Assembly: GCA_963710755.1 (NCBI GenBank)
Contig: CAVQBK010000013.1
Span: 416,001 to 480,000 of the forward strand
DNA length: 64,000 bases
DNA from: an uncultured bacterium
GTDB lineage: Bacteria > Oederibacteriota > JAAXVQ01 > JAUVAV01
Direction of reading: 5' to 3'
The position numbers were made by a program, and so were the translations under genes. This document shows positions 25,421-36,260 of this stretch, in pieces (the stretch's first letter is position 1; each line of letters starts with the position of its first letter). The notes beneath the pieces were generated by a model. That model was not told where the DNA came from and made no database searches. It saw nothing but the letters and a program-made list of their open reading frames with translations.

Positions 25421-28366
25421 TTAAGTGGACAAGTGCAGCTGCTCCTGTAAGCGCACATTCCAATCGAGCGGGATTTTAATAATCTCACCTTGACGTTCAT
25501 ATAGAAGGTAGCCATAGCGGAGCGCAAAGAAAAATAAATCCTTGGTGAGAGCTACGTCAGCCTGGCAATAAGCCTCCAATAAATCCCATTGACTCTGCTC
25601 AAACCAGGCAATGGCCTGCAAGCCTTCTGCGGTTTTGCCCTGCCCCAAGGTGTGTTTGGCCAAAGCATCGAGGGACAAGCGGTGAGTGAGTACTTTCTTT
25701 ATTTCCGGCAACATATCAAAGGTTTTGATACGGTTCACATACCGGCTATAATAAGAAAGTACCTGCAGGTCAAAGTGATCAATATTAAAGCCCACCACCA
25801 TGTCGGCTGAGAGTAAATGCTGAATCAATTCCTGAACCTGTTCTTCCCGGTAAGTGGTATAAGAACGGTCGCTGTGGTCGTACACCACGCCCAGCGACAT
25901 TCGCATCAGATCACTGTGATGCCAGCCCCCGACCTGAGCAGCGCTTTTTTGAGTTTCCAAGTCAAACACCAGCAGGTTAAAGTCTTTGTTGACTATCATG
26001 GGCAGCTCTTCTCTTTTAATCACCGGTGGTGCCTGGCGCGTGGAAAGAGGATAAGCTTCTTTAACCAGCGCAGCGGTTGATGGTCCGGGCTTAAATCGGA
26101 GGGTCTGAACGCCTTCCTTGTCCAGAGCATTAAAGAGCATTTCACAAGCCTGCTTATCCAACGGCTGATTGCGACTGCCGCATTTGGGGGAATGAATACA
26201 AGCCGGGCAACCGGATTCGCAATCGCAGGCACGCACCATTTCCCCGGCCGTGGCTATCCAGGCGGTGATAATCTCCAAACCCTTGGCCGCCAAGCCCACC
26301 CCTCCGGGAAAGCCGTCATAAACAAAAATGCAGGATTGAGTTACCTGGGGATGGCTGATGGTGGAAAGCCCGCCTAAATCCCAGCGGTCGCACAAAATCT
26401 CAACCGGCAAAGCAGCGATTAAGGTATGCTCCACCGCATGAATCCCCCCGCCAAAATCCATCCCGAATTCCAGGCACCGTTTTCGCCAAAGATCAGGGAT
26501 AGTGAGCAGTACGGCTTGGGTTTCAAAAACCCGGGGCGGCAGCGTCAGTTTATGTTCCGAGAGCAGGGATTGATCCTTGACGCGACGGCGTTCATAGGAC
26601 ACCACCCGTTCGGTGACACGCACTTGCACCAGCCCGGCTTCAAAAGCCCGTGCGGAAGCGCGAAGCGTCTGCCCTGGTGCCAGGTCCATAATCTCCACCT
26701 CTTCCGAGCTGGTGTACTGGGTATACCAATCCCCTTTAAATCGTTTAACCAGGATCAGTTTTTGGTCAAAATCCAACAGCGTGACCTCATATTGGCCACC
26801 GGCATGGAGGTAAATGGCGCCGGGGTGGCATTCCTTAAAGGCCCGGCTGGAGTCAATCTTGCCCATCAAGGTTTGACTCATTTCTTCTTTAATCACATAC
26901 TGCTCCCCCACAGAACGAATGTCCACATGACGATGAGGAACTTTGCGTGTGGAAAACCATTGATTCCCAGCAGCTTGCTCCTTGAGTTCGCCCGAATTCA
27001 CCAAGGCTTTAACCACTTCCCAGGCTTCAGGTGTAAATAGGGCTTGATCGTCCAGGGTCAATGGTTTCTCCTGGGCTGCGCAAGGCAAATGTTTGGCCAG
27101 CAAGTAGGGATTGGCTGCATCGAGCACACAATTTTCAAAAGTGGCATTAAAAAAACTTTCGGGATGGCGCAGGAAATATTGATCCAAGGCATCGGGTAGG
27201 GCAATGAGCACCATCATCGCTTCCCGGGTGCCACGTCCGGCGCGGCCCACGCGCTGCCAGGTGCTGATCATGGTGCCCGGATAACCCACCAAAATGGCCG
27301 CATCCAGACCGCCCACATCAATACCCGCTTCCAGGGCGCTGGTGCTGATCACGGCAGCCAAATCATTTTTAAACAGCCGTCTTTCAATGGCACGCCTTTC
27401 TTCCGGCAGATAGCCGCTGCGATAGGCCGCAATTTTATTCACGTATTCCGGAGCACCTTCCTGCACCCACATGGTGATCAGCTCCGTAATTTTTCGGGAT
27501 TTGGTAAACACAATGGTTTTGACATCATGATCCAGACATTTTTCCAGCAATCCGGCGGCTTCTGAATAAGGACTGCCCACGGGATTGACCAACACCACAT
27601 GCCGACCCTGCTGAGGGGCCCCGCTTTTATCAACAATGGTAAAGTCAAACCCCGTTAATTGATGGAGAAACTCCGCGGCATTGGCCATGGTGGCCGAACT
27701 GGCGGCTATGGTGGGCAGATGATTACCCAACAGGCGCCATAACCGGCGCAAGATCAAGGCCACATGCGACCCGAATACGCCCCGGTAAGTATGGGCTTCA
27801 TCAATGATAATAAATTTCAAATGCTTAAAAAAATGATCCCAGCTCTCCGGGTAGGCCAACAGTCCGTAATGAAGCATGTCCGGATTGGTAAATATGACCC
27901 GCGGTGGTTTCTTTTTGATTTTGGCGCGTTGGCCGGCTGGCGTATCGCCGTCATAAATATCGGCGCTCAACTGGGACGCGCCGCTCTTCTCAAAAAAGAT
28001 TTTTAAATTATTTATCTGGTCCTGAGCCAGGGCTTTCAGCGGAAAGAGATACAGCGCATAAGCTTCAGGATCCTGCAACAAGGCATCGGTAACCGCCAGA
28101 TTGTAGATAAGGGTCTTTCCTGAAGCTGTGGGCGTGATGACCCCCGTATGCCGGCCTTGGCGCAACAGATCCACTGCCCGGGCTTGATGACTGAAAAGTT
28201 TGTGAATACCCAGTGCTTCCAAGGCATGTTCAATGGGAGCAGGCCAGGGCAGGCTGGGGGTTCTGTATATCGCTTTTTTAGGCGGCAAATAGCGATAATC
28301 CGCTACCCGATTGCTCCAATCAGCGTGTTTGGTAAGCTCCTCAATAAGTGCTATTAATTCAGACAT
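25421..28366 (-). CDS. DEAH-box helicase with DUF1998 (MrfA/YprA-like) fused to a C-terminal DEDD/RNase H-like exonuclease (MrfB/YprB-like)
   Basis: PTASGKT, DEAH, SAT and QRVGRAGR motifs; CDCESGCPAC Zn site; C-terminal FDLETQ/GFNIDHFD/YCQADV. Confidence 0.9.
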   Translation of the reverse strand: MSELIALIEELTKHADWSNRVADYRYLPPKKAIYRTPSLPWPAPIEHALEALGIHKLFSHQARAVDLLRQGRHTGVITPTASGKTLIYNLAVTDALLQDPEAYALYLFPLKALAQDQINNLKIFFEKSGASQLSADIYDGDTPAGQRAKIKKKPPRVIFTNPDMLHYGLLAYPESWDHFFKHLKFIIIDEAHTYRGVFGSHVALILRRLWRLLGNHLPTIAASSATMANAAEFLHQLTGFDFTIVDKSGAPQQGRHVVLVNPVGSPYSEAAGLLEKCLDHDVKTIVFTKSRKITELITMWVQEGAPEYVNKIAAYRSGYLPEERRAIERRLFKNDLAAVISTSALEAGIDVGGLDAAILVGYPGTMISTWQRVGRAGRGTREAMMVLIALPDALDQYFLRHPESFFNATFENCVLDAANPYLLAKHLPCAAQEKPLTLDDQALFTPEAWEVVKALVNSGELKEQAAGNQWFSTRKVPHRHVDIRSVGEQYVIKEEMSQTLMGKIDSSRAFKECHPGAIYLHAGGQYEVTLLDFDQKLILVKRFKGDWYTQYTSSEEVEIMDLAPGQTLRASARAFEAGLVQVRVTERVVSYERRRVKDQSLLSEHKLTLPPRVFETQAVLLTIPDLWRKRCLEFGMDFGGGIHAVEHTLIAALPVEILCDRWDLGGLSTISHPQVTQSCIFVYDGFPGGVGLAAKGLEIITAWIATAGEMVRACDCESGCPACIHSPKCGSRNQPLDKQACEMLFNALDKEGVQTLRFKPGPSTAALVKEAYPLSTRQAPPVIKREELPMIVNKDFNLLVFDLETQKSAAQVGGWHHSDLMRMSLGVVYDHSDRSYTTYREEQVQELIQHLLSADMVVGFNIDHFDLQVLSYYSRYVNRIKTFDMLPEIKKVLTHRLSLDALAKHTLGQGKTAEGLQAIAWFEQSQWDLLEAYCQADVALTKDLFFFALRYGYLLYERQGEIIKIPLDWNVRLQEQLHLST

Positions 28367-28454
28367 GATCTACCCTTCAGCCCGAGGACTTTAAAATAAT
28401 CATCATAGGCTGCCAGCCCGGCTTTTGTAAATTTAATAATAAAACACAGTATGT

Positions 28455-28484
28455 GGTTGGGAACGGTCGCGACCGTTCCCAACC
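28455..28484. repeat. REP-like perfect 30-bp palindrome GGTTGGGAACGGTCGCGACCGTTCCCAACC
   Basis: Perfect inverted repeat in an intergenic region. Confidence 0.65.
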
Positions 28485-28561
28485 AAGGCCATAATTCGTG
28501 AATACAAGGTCATAAAAAAACAATCCGGTAAGGAAGGCTTCGGTTTTGCTTAACTTTGGTT

Positions 28562-29563
28562 TTAAGGCACTATAATTTTGATATGCAAAGTGGCAAAAGT
28601 CTGGTCCGGCTGTACTTGGAAGCGGAGGGTTTGTAGTCTCTGATGCAGGGCTTGCCTCCAGGCTTGCTGATCCAACTGAGTACCGGAAAAACGGCTGTCC
28701 GCGACACGGCCCTGACGATCAATTTTTAAAACCAAATCAATAGCCCCGTGGTAACCGGAGGCGCGAAGAGAAGCACTGATTAATCGGCCAAATCTATTAA
28801 TTTCCTTTTGGACTTGATGATGGTCCTCAAACCCTCTGGCTGATAAGACCATAACCGACACCGGTGGCACGTCTGCCCGGGACGAGCGCTGTGGGGCGCT
28901 AGGTTGTAAAGACCGCGCGGCCTGCTTACGTTCAGCAGCCGCCATAGGCGCTGCATCGCCAAGTGCAGCGCGACCCGGAACTTGAGCGGGCTTACTGACA
29001 CGGCGCTTCGCCTGGGCTGGAGGATGGGCGGATGAGGCCCTATGCTGTTTATAGGGCATGGCTTCGGTCCATTGATTAACTTCCGTCTTGTGTGCCCCGG
29101 TTACGGGTTTGATCTTTTTCTTGGCCACAGATTTGTTAACCGTCTTGAGAGCAGGTTGATCCACGCGCTTCGCCTGTGCAGGTCCCATCACAGGTGCTGC
29201 AGGGCCAGGAGTTGCGGCCGTGGTGGTTCGCAGGACGTCTTCTCTGACCATTCGTCCCGGCTCCAGCCGGACCATTAAAATTAGCATGACCAATGCCAGT
29301 GCGCCAGGCAGCAGCCATACAGGTACATTAACTTTGGCTTTGGGGATGGTCTTGAGATTGGCCAACACTTTGGCGCGCAGATAATCAGGCACATCTTCTT
29401 CATAGGCCTGATGAAGCAGGTCGGCTGCCTGTTGGTGCTGCTTTAAAACAGCCTGGCAATGACGGCACGTGGCCAGATGACGCTTCACCTTGGCTTGAGC
29501 ACGACCGGTTAACAGATTCAAGGCATAAGCCTCCAGTTGCCTTTCCACGTCTTTACAGGACAT
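28562..29563 (-). CDS. Anti-sigma factor (zf-HC2, TM) with TonB-C-like C-terminal domain
   Basis: MSC...HLATCRHC ZAS motif, one TM, C-terminal GAIDLVLKIDRQGRV; overlaps the sigma gene; start placed at ATG 29563 after GGAGGTG. Confidence 0.75.
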   Translation of the reverse strand: MSCKDVERQLEAYALNLLTGRAQAKVKRHLATCRHCQAVLKQHQQAADLLHQAYEEDVPDYLRAKVLANLKTIPKAKVNVPVWLLPGALALVMLILMVRLEPGRMVREDVLRTTTAATPGPAAPVMGPAQAKRVDQPALKTVNKSVAKKKIKPVTGAHKTEVNQWTEAMPYKQHRASSAHPPAQAKRRVSKPAQVPGRAALGDAAPMAAAERKQAARSLQPSAPQRSSRADVPPVSVMVLSARGFEDHHQVQKEINRFGRLISASLRASGYHGAIDLVLKIDRQGRVADSRFSGTQLDQQAWRQALHQRLQTLRFQVQPDQTFATLHIKIIVP

Positions 29564-30134
29564 CAGCATCACCTCCAATCTCCTGGAAGGCGGTTTCAAA
29601 TGCTTTCAGCCCCCGGCAGAGCCTGACCTTGGCCGCGCTTAGACTGATGTTCAGACTTTGGGCGATTTCCTTGACACTCATGGTGGAGGAAAAGCGTAAG
29701 GCCAGCACCTCCCGGTAGACCGGCCTCACCAAGGCCATAGCCTGCCAGACCTTCTTTTTAAGCTCCTCATTTTCCAACTGACGATCTGCTTGGGGCGCCA
29801 CCGCAGGCTCCTGGATGTGCTGGTCATCCAGCGGCATCTCCCGACGACGCCGCAAACGATCACGCCCCAAATTGGCCGCCACCTGAAACAACCATGGCTT
29901 TAATGGTTTGGCGGGATTAAACCGGTGTCTTTTTTCAAAACAGCGTATAAATACATCATGACAGAAATCAGCGGCAGCTTCCCGGCTGGCAAACAACCTC
30001 AAGCCCAGGTGATAAATGCCGCGCTCATGCAGGGCCATGAGTTCCTCCATGGCCGACATCTCTCCGGCCGCAAATCGCGCCTCCAGGCGGTTACTATCCA
30101 CAGCGTCGGCTTTGAATAAATTGGCTATGCCCAT
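29553..30134 (-). CDS. ECF RNA polymerase sigma factor
   Basis: Region 2 (D..HDVFIR..KPWLFQVAAN) and region 4 (EIAQSLNISLSAAKVRLCRG). Confidence 0.9.
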   Translation of the reverse strand: MGIANLFKADAVDSNRLEARFAAGEMSAMEELMALHERGIYHLGLRLFASREAAADFCHDVFIRCFEKRHRFNPAKPLKPWLFQVAANLGRDRLRRRREMPLDDQHIQEPAVAPQADRQLENEELKKKVWQAMALVRPVYREVLALRFSSTMSVKEIAQSLNISLSAAKVRLCRGLKAFETAFQEIGGDADVL

Positions 30135-30282
30135 GATGGCCTCATTAGTTTTTGGTCATCCTCGTTCAGATCAGGAACATTTGTGCCTGCTCTGTTTCTT
30201 CTAATGGTTATTACGGCCGGACCTGGCAAAAGGTTACAATTTAGATCTGTTGTGGAAAAACGTTCTTGCATACAGGCCTGTG

Positions 30283-30312
30283 TGTCGAGGCACGTCGTGT
30301 CGTGCCTCGACA
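30283..30312. repeat. REP-like palindrome TGTCGAGGCACG-N6-CGTGCCTCGACA
   Basis: 12-bp stem in an intergenic region. Confidence 0.55.
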
Positions 30313-30433
30313 TCGTCCTTTTTGATTTAAAATATTTCATTTATAGAGCATAACCAGTGCGTATCTATAGCTGAAAATAAATTATTCCGCAACAAAATCT
30401 CGCCCATAGTCCCGAGGACCATGTTTTCACACC

Positions 30434-31228
30434 TCAAATGTTATCCCCGTCCAATAAGCGCCCCAAGCCGCCCAGAACAGACCCTTCCCCTTTGTCCTTG
30501 CCTCCCACTTTGGGCGCATATTGAATAACCCTATCCGCCAAGCGGGAAAAAGGCAGACTTTGCAAATACACCGTACCCTTGCCTTTGAGGGTCGCCAGAA
30601 ACAAGCCCTCCCCACCGAAAAACATGGACCGTAATCCCCGGACTTGCTCGATGTTGTAGTCAATACCCTGGGAAAAGCCCACGATACAGCCCGTGTCCAC
30701 ACGCAAAATGTCCTGGTTCAGTTCTTTTTTCACCACCGTGCCGCCGGCATGGACAAAAGCTTTTCCATCGCCCCGCAATCGCTGCAAAATGAACCCCTCA
30801 CCCCCAAAAAAGCCGGTGCCCAGTTTTTTGGCAAAAGCAATAGTCACTTCTGTCCCCAAGGCAGCGCATAAAAAGGCATCCTTCTGACATATCAATTCGC
30901 CGCCGATTTCATTCAGATCAACAGCAATGATCTTACCCGGGTAGGGTGCCCCAAAGGCTACGCGTTTTTTACCAGTCCCGCCATTGGTGAAATGAGTCAT
31001 GAACAAAGACTCCCCGGTCAATGCCCGTTGCCCCATTTTCCATAACTTACCCAGCACCCCTTGGTTGGGGTTGGAACCATCACCCATTTTGGCCTCAAAT
31101 AGTATACCGTCTTCCATCCAGTTCATAGCACCGGCTTCTGCGATCACCACTTCGCCGGGATCCAATTCCACTTCCACGGTTTGCAGATCGTCTCCATGAA
31201 TTTCATAATCCACTTCATGACTTTTCAT
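30434..31228 (-). CDS. TIGR00266/AIM24 family protein
   Basis: [16 protein letters not shown] and repeated FFGGEG motifs; start at ATG 31228. Confidence 0.9.
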   Translation of the reverse strand: MKSHEVDYEIHGDDLQTVEVELDPGEVVIAEAGAMNWMEDGILFEAKMGDGSNPNQGVLGKLWKMGQRALTGESLFMTHFTNGGTGKKRVAFGAPYPGKIIAVDLNEIGGELICQKDAFLCAALGTEVTIAFAKKLGTGFFGGEGFILQRLRGDGKAFVHAGGTVVKKELNQDILRVDTGCIVGFSQGIDYNIEQVRGLRSMFFGGEGLFLATLKGKGTVYLQSLPFSRLADRVIQYAPKVGGKDKGEGSVLGGLGRLLDGDNI

Positions 31229-31323
31229 TATCCAGTCTCCTTCGTGTGTATTAATGCTGGGGTGGCGGCCACGCGAAAGAAGCAAGTGCCGCTTGTGCCG
31301 ACATGTTAATCGTCAAATAATTA

Positions 31324-31351
31324 GTAAGGTACAGGCATGCCTGCACGCTAC
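31324..31351. repeat. Degenerate REP-like palindrome GTAAGGTACAGGCATGCCTGCACGCTAC
   Basis: Same CAGGCATGCCTG core and GTA...TAC ends as the element at 6847. Confidence 0.55.
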
Positions 31352-31479
31352 ACTGAAAACAGCCAATAAACAAAGAATGATAAAATACGCCCTCCGCGAC
31401 AAAAACCAGTGACCTTGACAATTTTAAGCAGATTGACTTAAGGTAGGCCGCATCATTATAGCGCTTGAAAACAGCGGGG

Positions 31480-33240
31480 TTATTTAATCTTAAATTCTAC
31501 CACTAGGTTGCGGATGCTCTGAGCGTTTTCGCTTAATTCCTGAATAGCCGTGGAAATCTGTTCAAAAGAGGCGGTCTGTTCTTCAATGGAAGCAGCTACG
31601 GATTGAGCGGCTTCAAAATTGCTTTTCACCAAGGTTTTAACGCTCTCCACTTGCTTAATCATGGATTGCAGAGACGTGGACTGGGCCACCAGATTGGTGG
31701 AGATATCCCCCGTGACCAGCGCCGAGTGTTCAGCGCTCTGCATGATAGTGGTCAGGGACTGTCCGGCTTTATTGACCATGCTGGCACCTTCATTCACTAC
31801 GGTGATGCCCTGCTTGGTGGCCTCATTGGTGCCCTTGACTTCCACTTGAATCTTGTCAATCAAGCTCTGAACTTTTTCTGATGCCCGCGATGAATCCTCG
31901 GCCAATTTCCGGACCTCCTCGGCTACCACGGAAAAACCGCGGCCTGCTTCTCCTGCGCGGGCAGCTTCAATAGCTGCATTCAAAGCCAGCAAGTTGGTTT
32001 GAGAGGCGATGTTGCGGATGGCATCAATAAATTCACCGATACCGCTTACCGCTTGGTTAAGGCGTTGCATACGGCCTTCAATCAGGTTCATATTTTCCGA
32101 TACACTATTAATAATCTTCACCGCTTCTTGTACGGTTTTGCCACCATCACGAGAAACGGACTCTGTTTCCGCCGAGACCTGGGAGGCGTCCTGGGACTTC
32201 TCCGTAATTTCCAAAAGCCGGGTTAACACCGACTCAATGGTATCGTGGGTCTCGGTGGATGCCCGTTCCTGTTTTTCCAAGTCATCAGTAACTCCCTGAA
32301 CCGTCAAATTGATACCATCCGCATTGGTGCTGATTTCCTCGGCCGTGGAGGAAATGTCCTCCAGGGAAGCATTGATGGTACTGACGAGATTGACTGTCTC
32401 CCTGACGATAAGAAAAAGGCTCTCCATGAATTGATTGAAATAAGAGGCCATCTCTCCGAATTCATCCTGACGGTCCAGATTCAGCCGTTGGGTGAGATCG
32501 CCTTTGCGCGAGGCAATATCCTGCATGCGTTCAATAAACTGATTAATGGGTGTTAACAAGAAGCGGGCGAAGTAGGACCCTGCCACGGTACTACCCAGCA
32601 ACGCCAGTAAACAGATGATCAATAGCTGGGTGCCGATCTCCCGTTCCGCCTTTTGTAGCCGTTGCAGGGACATGCCCACATGCACAATACCGCTAAAAGT
32701 GTCGCTTTCGGTAGCTTGAGACTTGGTGGTGTTGTCGTTCTGGGTTTGCATGCCTTGTCCCATACCTTGGAGTAAGGCCAGTTCATCATTCACCATGAGG
32801 TTGGAAGCCGGTTGGTTGAGCTGTTTAATGCCAATATAAATGTCATTGGCCTTGGTACCATCCGGCAAGGTAAGTTCTTTGATCGCCACCTTCTTATTCA
32901 TGGGCAGGTCTTTGACATCCTTCATGATGGTGGACGAGCCGATGGTACCGTTTTCCGCCAGGATATGCTGTTGATCATCGAGGATGACGATCCACAAGAT
33001 ATCGGTCTCCCTCATCAGACTGTCGGTTAGTGCATATAAGCCATTGCGGTTATTGTTGGCCAGCGCGGTCTGGGCATTAAGGGCCAGATTTCTGGTCAGT
33101 GATTTGGCCCGTTCCAAAAATTCGGTTTTGATATAGCGTTTTTGTTGAATGAAGCTGGGAATGAAAAAAGCAATACTCAAGGCAAAGACCAGGGTATAGA
33201 TAAAGGTGAAAATAGCCCGCTTCAAGCTATGCTTTTTCAT
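31480..33240 (-). CDS. Methyl-accepting chemotaxis protein
   Basis: 2 TM, HAMP, and the hairpin tip [38 protein letters not shown]. Confidence 0.95.
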   Translation of the reverse strand: MKKHSLKRAIFTFIYTLVFALSIAFFIPSFIQQKRYIKTEFLERAKSLTRNLALNAQTALANNNRNGLYALTDSLMRETDILWIVILDDQQHILAENGTIGSSTIMKDVKDLPMNKKVAIKELTLPDGTKANDIYIGIKQLNQPASNLMVNDELALLQGMGQGMQTQNDNTTKSQATESDTFSGIVHVGMSLQRLQKAEREIGTQLLIICLLALLGSTVAGSYFARFLLTPINQFIERMQDIASRKGDLTQRLNLDRQDEFGEMASYFNQFMESLFLIVRETVNLVSTINASLEDISSTAEEISTNADGINLTVQGVTDDLEKQERASTETHDTIESVLTRLLEITEKSQDASQVSAETESVSRDGGKTVQEAVKIINSVSENMNLIEGRMQRLNQAVSGIGEFIDAIRNIASQTNLLALNAAIEAARAGEAGRGFSVVAEEVRKLAEDSSRASEKVQSLIDKIQVEVKGTNEATKQGITVVNEGASMVNKAGQSLTTIMQSAEHSALVTGDISTNLVAQSTSLQSMIKQVESVKTLVKSNFEAAQSVAASIEEQTASFEQISTAIQELSENAQSIRNLVVEFKIK

Positions 33241-33251
33241 GAGTCGTCCCC

Positions 33252-34148
33252 TTACTGTTTAATTACATCCACCCCAGGTACGGTGGGCAATTGCTGCAAC
33301 CCGATTTTAGACATAGTATCAGAATTGACGTATAAAAACAAATGCCGCGGATACTGGGCACTCTGGCTGTGGGGATTGGCCAGTATATTTTTAGCCAGAT
33401 CCGCCGTCTGGGCGCCGATGTCCTTATAGTCCACGGAAATAGCCGCAAAGGCTCCAGCCTTCACATGAAAACTGGAGAGGGCGAATAATGGTAATTTTTC
33501 CTTCAAAGAGTGGGCGATTAGCAATTGCACTGCCGCTGGTTTGGCCATTAGGGGATCGACCACCATCCAAAGCATACTGATGTTATCCGCTGTCATTTTT
33601 CCCAAAGCCGGTGTAATGTCGGAGATATTCTCCACCGCGATCGGGACCAGGGTCGTATTGAAACTTTTCACTTGCTGCCGGGCTTCATTAATCACCCCGG
33701 CTGTGTATTGGGGATGGTAAAGTACTCCAATACCCTTGCCATTGGGAATAAGCTTGGTCATGACCTCCAACTGGCTGCCCACCTTAACCTTCATCAACAC
33801 CCCTGCAGAAACCTTGCCTGTAAAATTGGGTTCTTCCAGCACCATGGTATACACCACGGGGATGGTGCCAATATTTTGCTGAGCCATCAAAGTGGCCTCA
33901 GAACCAATGGTGATCAACAAATCGGTGGCAGCAGGATCGAGCTTCTGAACTATTTCTTTGCCTTTGTCGGCATTGCCCTCCATGTTGGCTTTTTGCAATG
34001 GCAGGCCCCCTGCCTGGGACAAACCCTGCCAGGCCTGTTCATAGGGCGGCAATGTACGGCTCAACAGCACAACCACATTGCCTGCCCAACCTATTATGGG
34101 GACAAGCAGAACGATTAATATTATAAACATCACTTTTAAGTGGTTCAT
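33252..34148 (-). CDS. ABC_sub_bind-type periplasmic substrate-binding protein (no permease adjacent)
   Basis: Signal peptide; [22 protein letters not shown] and [10 protein letters not shown] motifs. Confidence 0.8.
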   Translation of the reverse strand: MNHLKVMFIILIVLLVPIIGWAGNVVVLLSRTLPPYEQAWQGLSQAGGLPLQKANMEGNADKGKEIVQKLDPAATDLLITIGSEATLMAQQNIGTIPVVYTMVLEEPNFTGKVSAGVLMKVKVGSQLEVMTKLIPNGKGIGVLYHPQYTAGVINEARQQVKSFNTTLVPIAVENISDITPALGKMTADNISMLWMVVDPLMAKPAAVQLLIAHSLKEKLPLFALSSFHVKAGAFAAISVDYKDIGAQTADLAKNILANPHSQSAQYPRHLFLYVNSDTMSKIGLQQLPTVPGVDVIKQ

Positions 34149-34548
34149 TGGAGCTCCTGCGACTAAGCCAATAACTATAGGGTCGACTTTCAACATGGTC
34201 CACTTTAGATGGGTTTACTTATTTTCCTTTGCTTTTTAAGGGGTTAAATAAAAATCCCACCGATAGATCGCCATAGGAAACAATAAAGTTTAAGACAACT
34301 GGCCTCCCAGCAGTTTTAAAATGAATATATGCTTTTCACCATAAAATAGGTAAACGGATGCCAGTTCATCAGAGTATTTATCCTGCTTTTTGCTGGTCAT
34401 TGCTGTATTTTACACCATCATTATTTAAAGGTTAATTAAAAATAGGCGGGTTAATTAAATAGGCTAAGCGCCTTTCCCATGAACAGCGGAGACAACGCCT
34501 CGTTCTTAAGCATTTATTTCAAAAAAAAAACACAGAGTGAAAAGAAAA

Positions 34549-34625
34549 TGGTGGGCGGTACTGGACTCGAACCAGTGACCTCTTGCGTGTCGAGCAAGCA
34601 CTCTAACCAGCTGAGCTAACCGCCC
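34549..34625 (-). tRNA. tRNA-Val(GAC)
   Basis: GGGCGGTTAGCTCAGCTGGTTAGAGTG-CTTGC-TCGACAC-GCAAG-AGGTC-ACTGG-TTCGAGT-CCAGT-ACCGCCC-ACCA cloverleaf with encoded CCA. Confidence 0.97.
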
Positions 34626-34748
34626 ATGTTCAAAAGGAGTTGTATTTTATGTAACCAGACACTGTTTGGCAACCAAAAAATGACCAAGCTGGTTTCTTGT
34701 TGCGGATTGGGTTTGTGACCGGCCTTAGTCTGGACGTCGGTTTGTAGT

Positions 34749-34777
34749 GTTGGGTTGCAGGCAGGCCTGTACCCTTC
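34749..34777. repeat. Degenerate REP-like palindrome
   Basis: GTTGGGTTGCAGGCAGGCCTGTACCCTTC resembles the copies at 6847 and 31324. Confidence 0.4.
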
Positions 34778-34861
34778 GAATGCGATTTTTTCTGCCGCCT
34801 AAGGACATGGTCGCAATCCTTGCAAGTCGAGCAAGCTGAAATGGCCTTTCCACAACAGAAC

Positions 34862-35632
34862 CTAGCTAATCCACGATTCGAAGTGGCTGATATGATTGTA
34901 GGCGGTAAGATCGTTATGGATGGGGGTGACGGAAATATAACCCTGACGCAAAGCGACAGCATCCACATCCTCTGCGGGATTTAAAACATGAATGTCTTCC
35001 AAAGAGAGCCAATAATAGTCTCTTCCCCGCGGGTCCTGTCTCAGTTCGTATTTATCACGATAGCGAAATATCCCCTGGCGGGTTATTTTCACGCCTTTAA
35101 TGTCTTCTTTGCAAACATGGGGCACATTGATATTTAACAGCAGGTGCTCGGGCAGACCATTAGTCAGAATTTTTTCCGCAAAAGTTCTAGCCACTTCCCC
35201 GGCCGCGGTAAAATCGTGACAACTTTTAAGCACACCCATAGACATGGCCATGGCCGGCACCCCGCAAATCACACCCTCCATAGCAGCGGACACTGTACCA
35301 GAATAAAGCACATTAGTGCCTGTATTGGGCCCTGGATTTATACCGGAGACCACCAGATCCGGTTTTTGCTCCAACAAATTGTTAATGGCCAATTTCACAC
35401 AATCGGCAGGGGTTCCGTTAACTGCCCGCCCAAAGGGTTGACCATCCAACTCCACTTCCGCCACCCTTAAGGTTTGGACCATGGTCAGGGCGTGACCGGA
35501 AGCACTGCGCTCGGCATCAGGCGCCACCACCACCACCCGGCCCAGAGGATCCAAAGCCTTTTTTAAGGCCGTAAGCCCTGGTGCGAAAATGCCGTCATCA
35601 TTGGTAATTAAAATCAAAGGCTCTCTGGCCAT
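34862..35632 (-). CDS. surE: 5'/3'-nucleotidase SurE
   Basis: ILITNDDG, NGTPADCV, SGINPG.N and YSGTVSAAMEG motifs. Confidence 0.95.
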   Translation of the reverse strand: MAREPLILITNDDGIFAPGLTALKKALDPLGRVVVVAPDAERSASGHALTMVQTLRVAEVELDGQPFGRAVNGTPADCVKLAINNLLEQKPDLVVSGINPGPNTGTNVLYSGTVSAAMEGVICGVPAMAMSMGVLKSCHDFTAAGEVARTFAEKILTNGLPEHLLLNINVPHVCKEDIKGVKITRQGIFRYRDKYELRQDPRGRDYYWLSLEDIHVLNPAEDVDAVALRQGYISVTPIHNDLTAYNHISHFESWIS

Positions 35633-35643
35633 AATATACTCCT

Positions 35644-35677
35644 AAAAAAAAGACCGGCCTTGGTCGCAGCCGGTCTG
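35644..35677 (-). terminator. Probable intrinsic terminator
   Basis: Minus strand AGACCGGC-loop-GCCGGTCT followed by a T run, downstream of the 35701 gene. Confidence 0.6.
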
Positions 35678-35700
35678 AGGTGATTTGGGCTTGGGAATGT

Positions 35701-36201
35701 CTATTTTTTGGTTGCCGGTGAGGCCGTAGTATTCTCCGCTGCATTGGATCCGCTCTGACCGTAATTTTTTCTGCTTTGTTCCAAAAATAGATCAGAGAGC
35801 ACTTTATTATATTTTTCCCGGTCTTTGGGAGTCATGCTGCTGATGTATCGGGTCACCTCATCCATGGAGGTGCCATGCTTGGCATAGATTTCTTCGTTTT
35901 TCTTGCGGATTTTTTCATTTAAATCCATTAACGCCTTGGGATTCTTGGGCAAAGTATTGTCCGCCGGAAACGCTTTCATGCTCTGAACGGAGATTTCGTT
36001 GGTGATCATGGCTGCTTTCTCAGGAGTCAGTTTGCCGGTGTAGGGTTTCTTGGCGGCTTCCATTTTTTCCACAATATGATTAACATCGGACTCAAAGGTG
36101 GCACTTTTATCTTTTTTACTGCTGCAGCCGGCAGCACCGAGAAGCAGACCTATTACCAATGTTAAAACGACCATATGCCAGGATTTATGCTGAGCCAACA
36201 T
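35701..36201 (-). CDS. Hypothetical lipoprotein
   Basis: Lipobox AAGC, helical body, AGGAAGG RBS. Confidence 0.7.
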   Translation of the reverse strand: MLAQHKSWHMVVLTLVIGLLLGAAGCSSKKDKSATFESDVNHIVEKMEAAKKPYTGKLTPEKAAMITNEISVQSMKAFPADNTLPKNPKALMDLNEKIRKKNEEIYAKHGTSMDEVTRYISSMTPKDREKYNKVLSDLFLEQSRKNYGQSGSNAAENTTASPATKK

Positions 36202-36260
36202 GATTACACCTTCCTATTTATTTCGTTAGTTTTTCAATCATACCACAGCCGTTATTAAGG

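Noticed and set aside
34200-34625. Integrated element at tRNA-Val
   Set aside because: No integrase and no duplicated tRNA 3' end found in the window.
34630-34968. 112-aa minus-strand ORF
   Set aside because: Overlaps the surE 3' end and the tRNA upstream region; no recognisable motifs.
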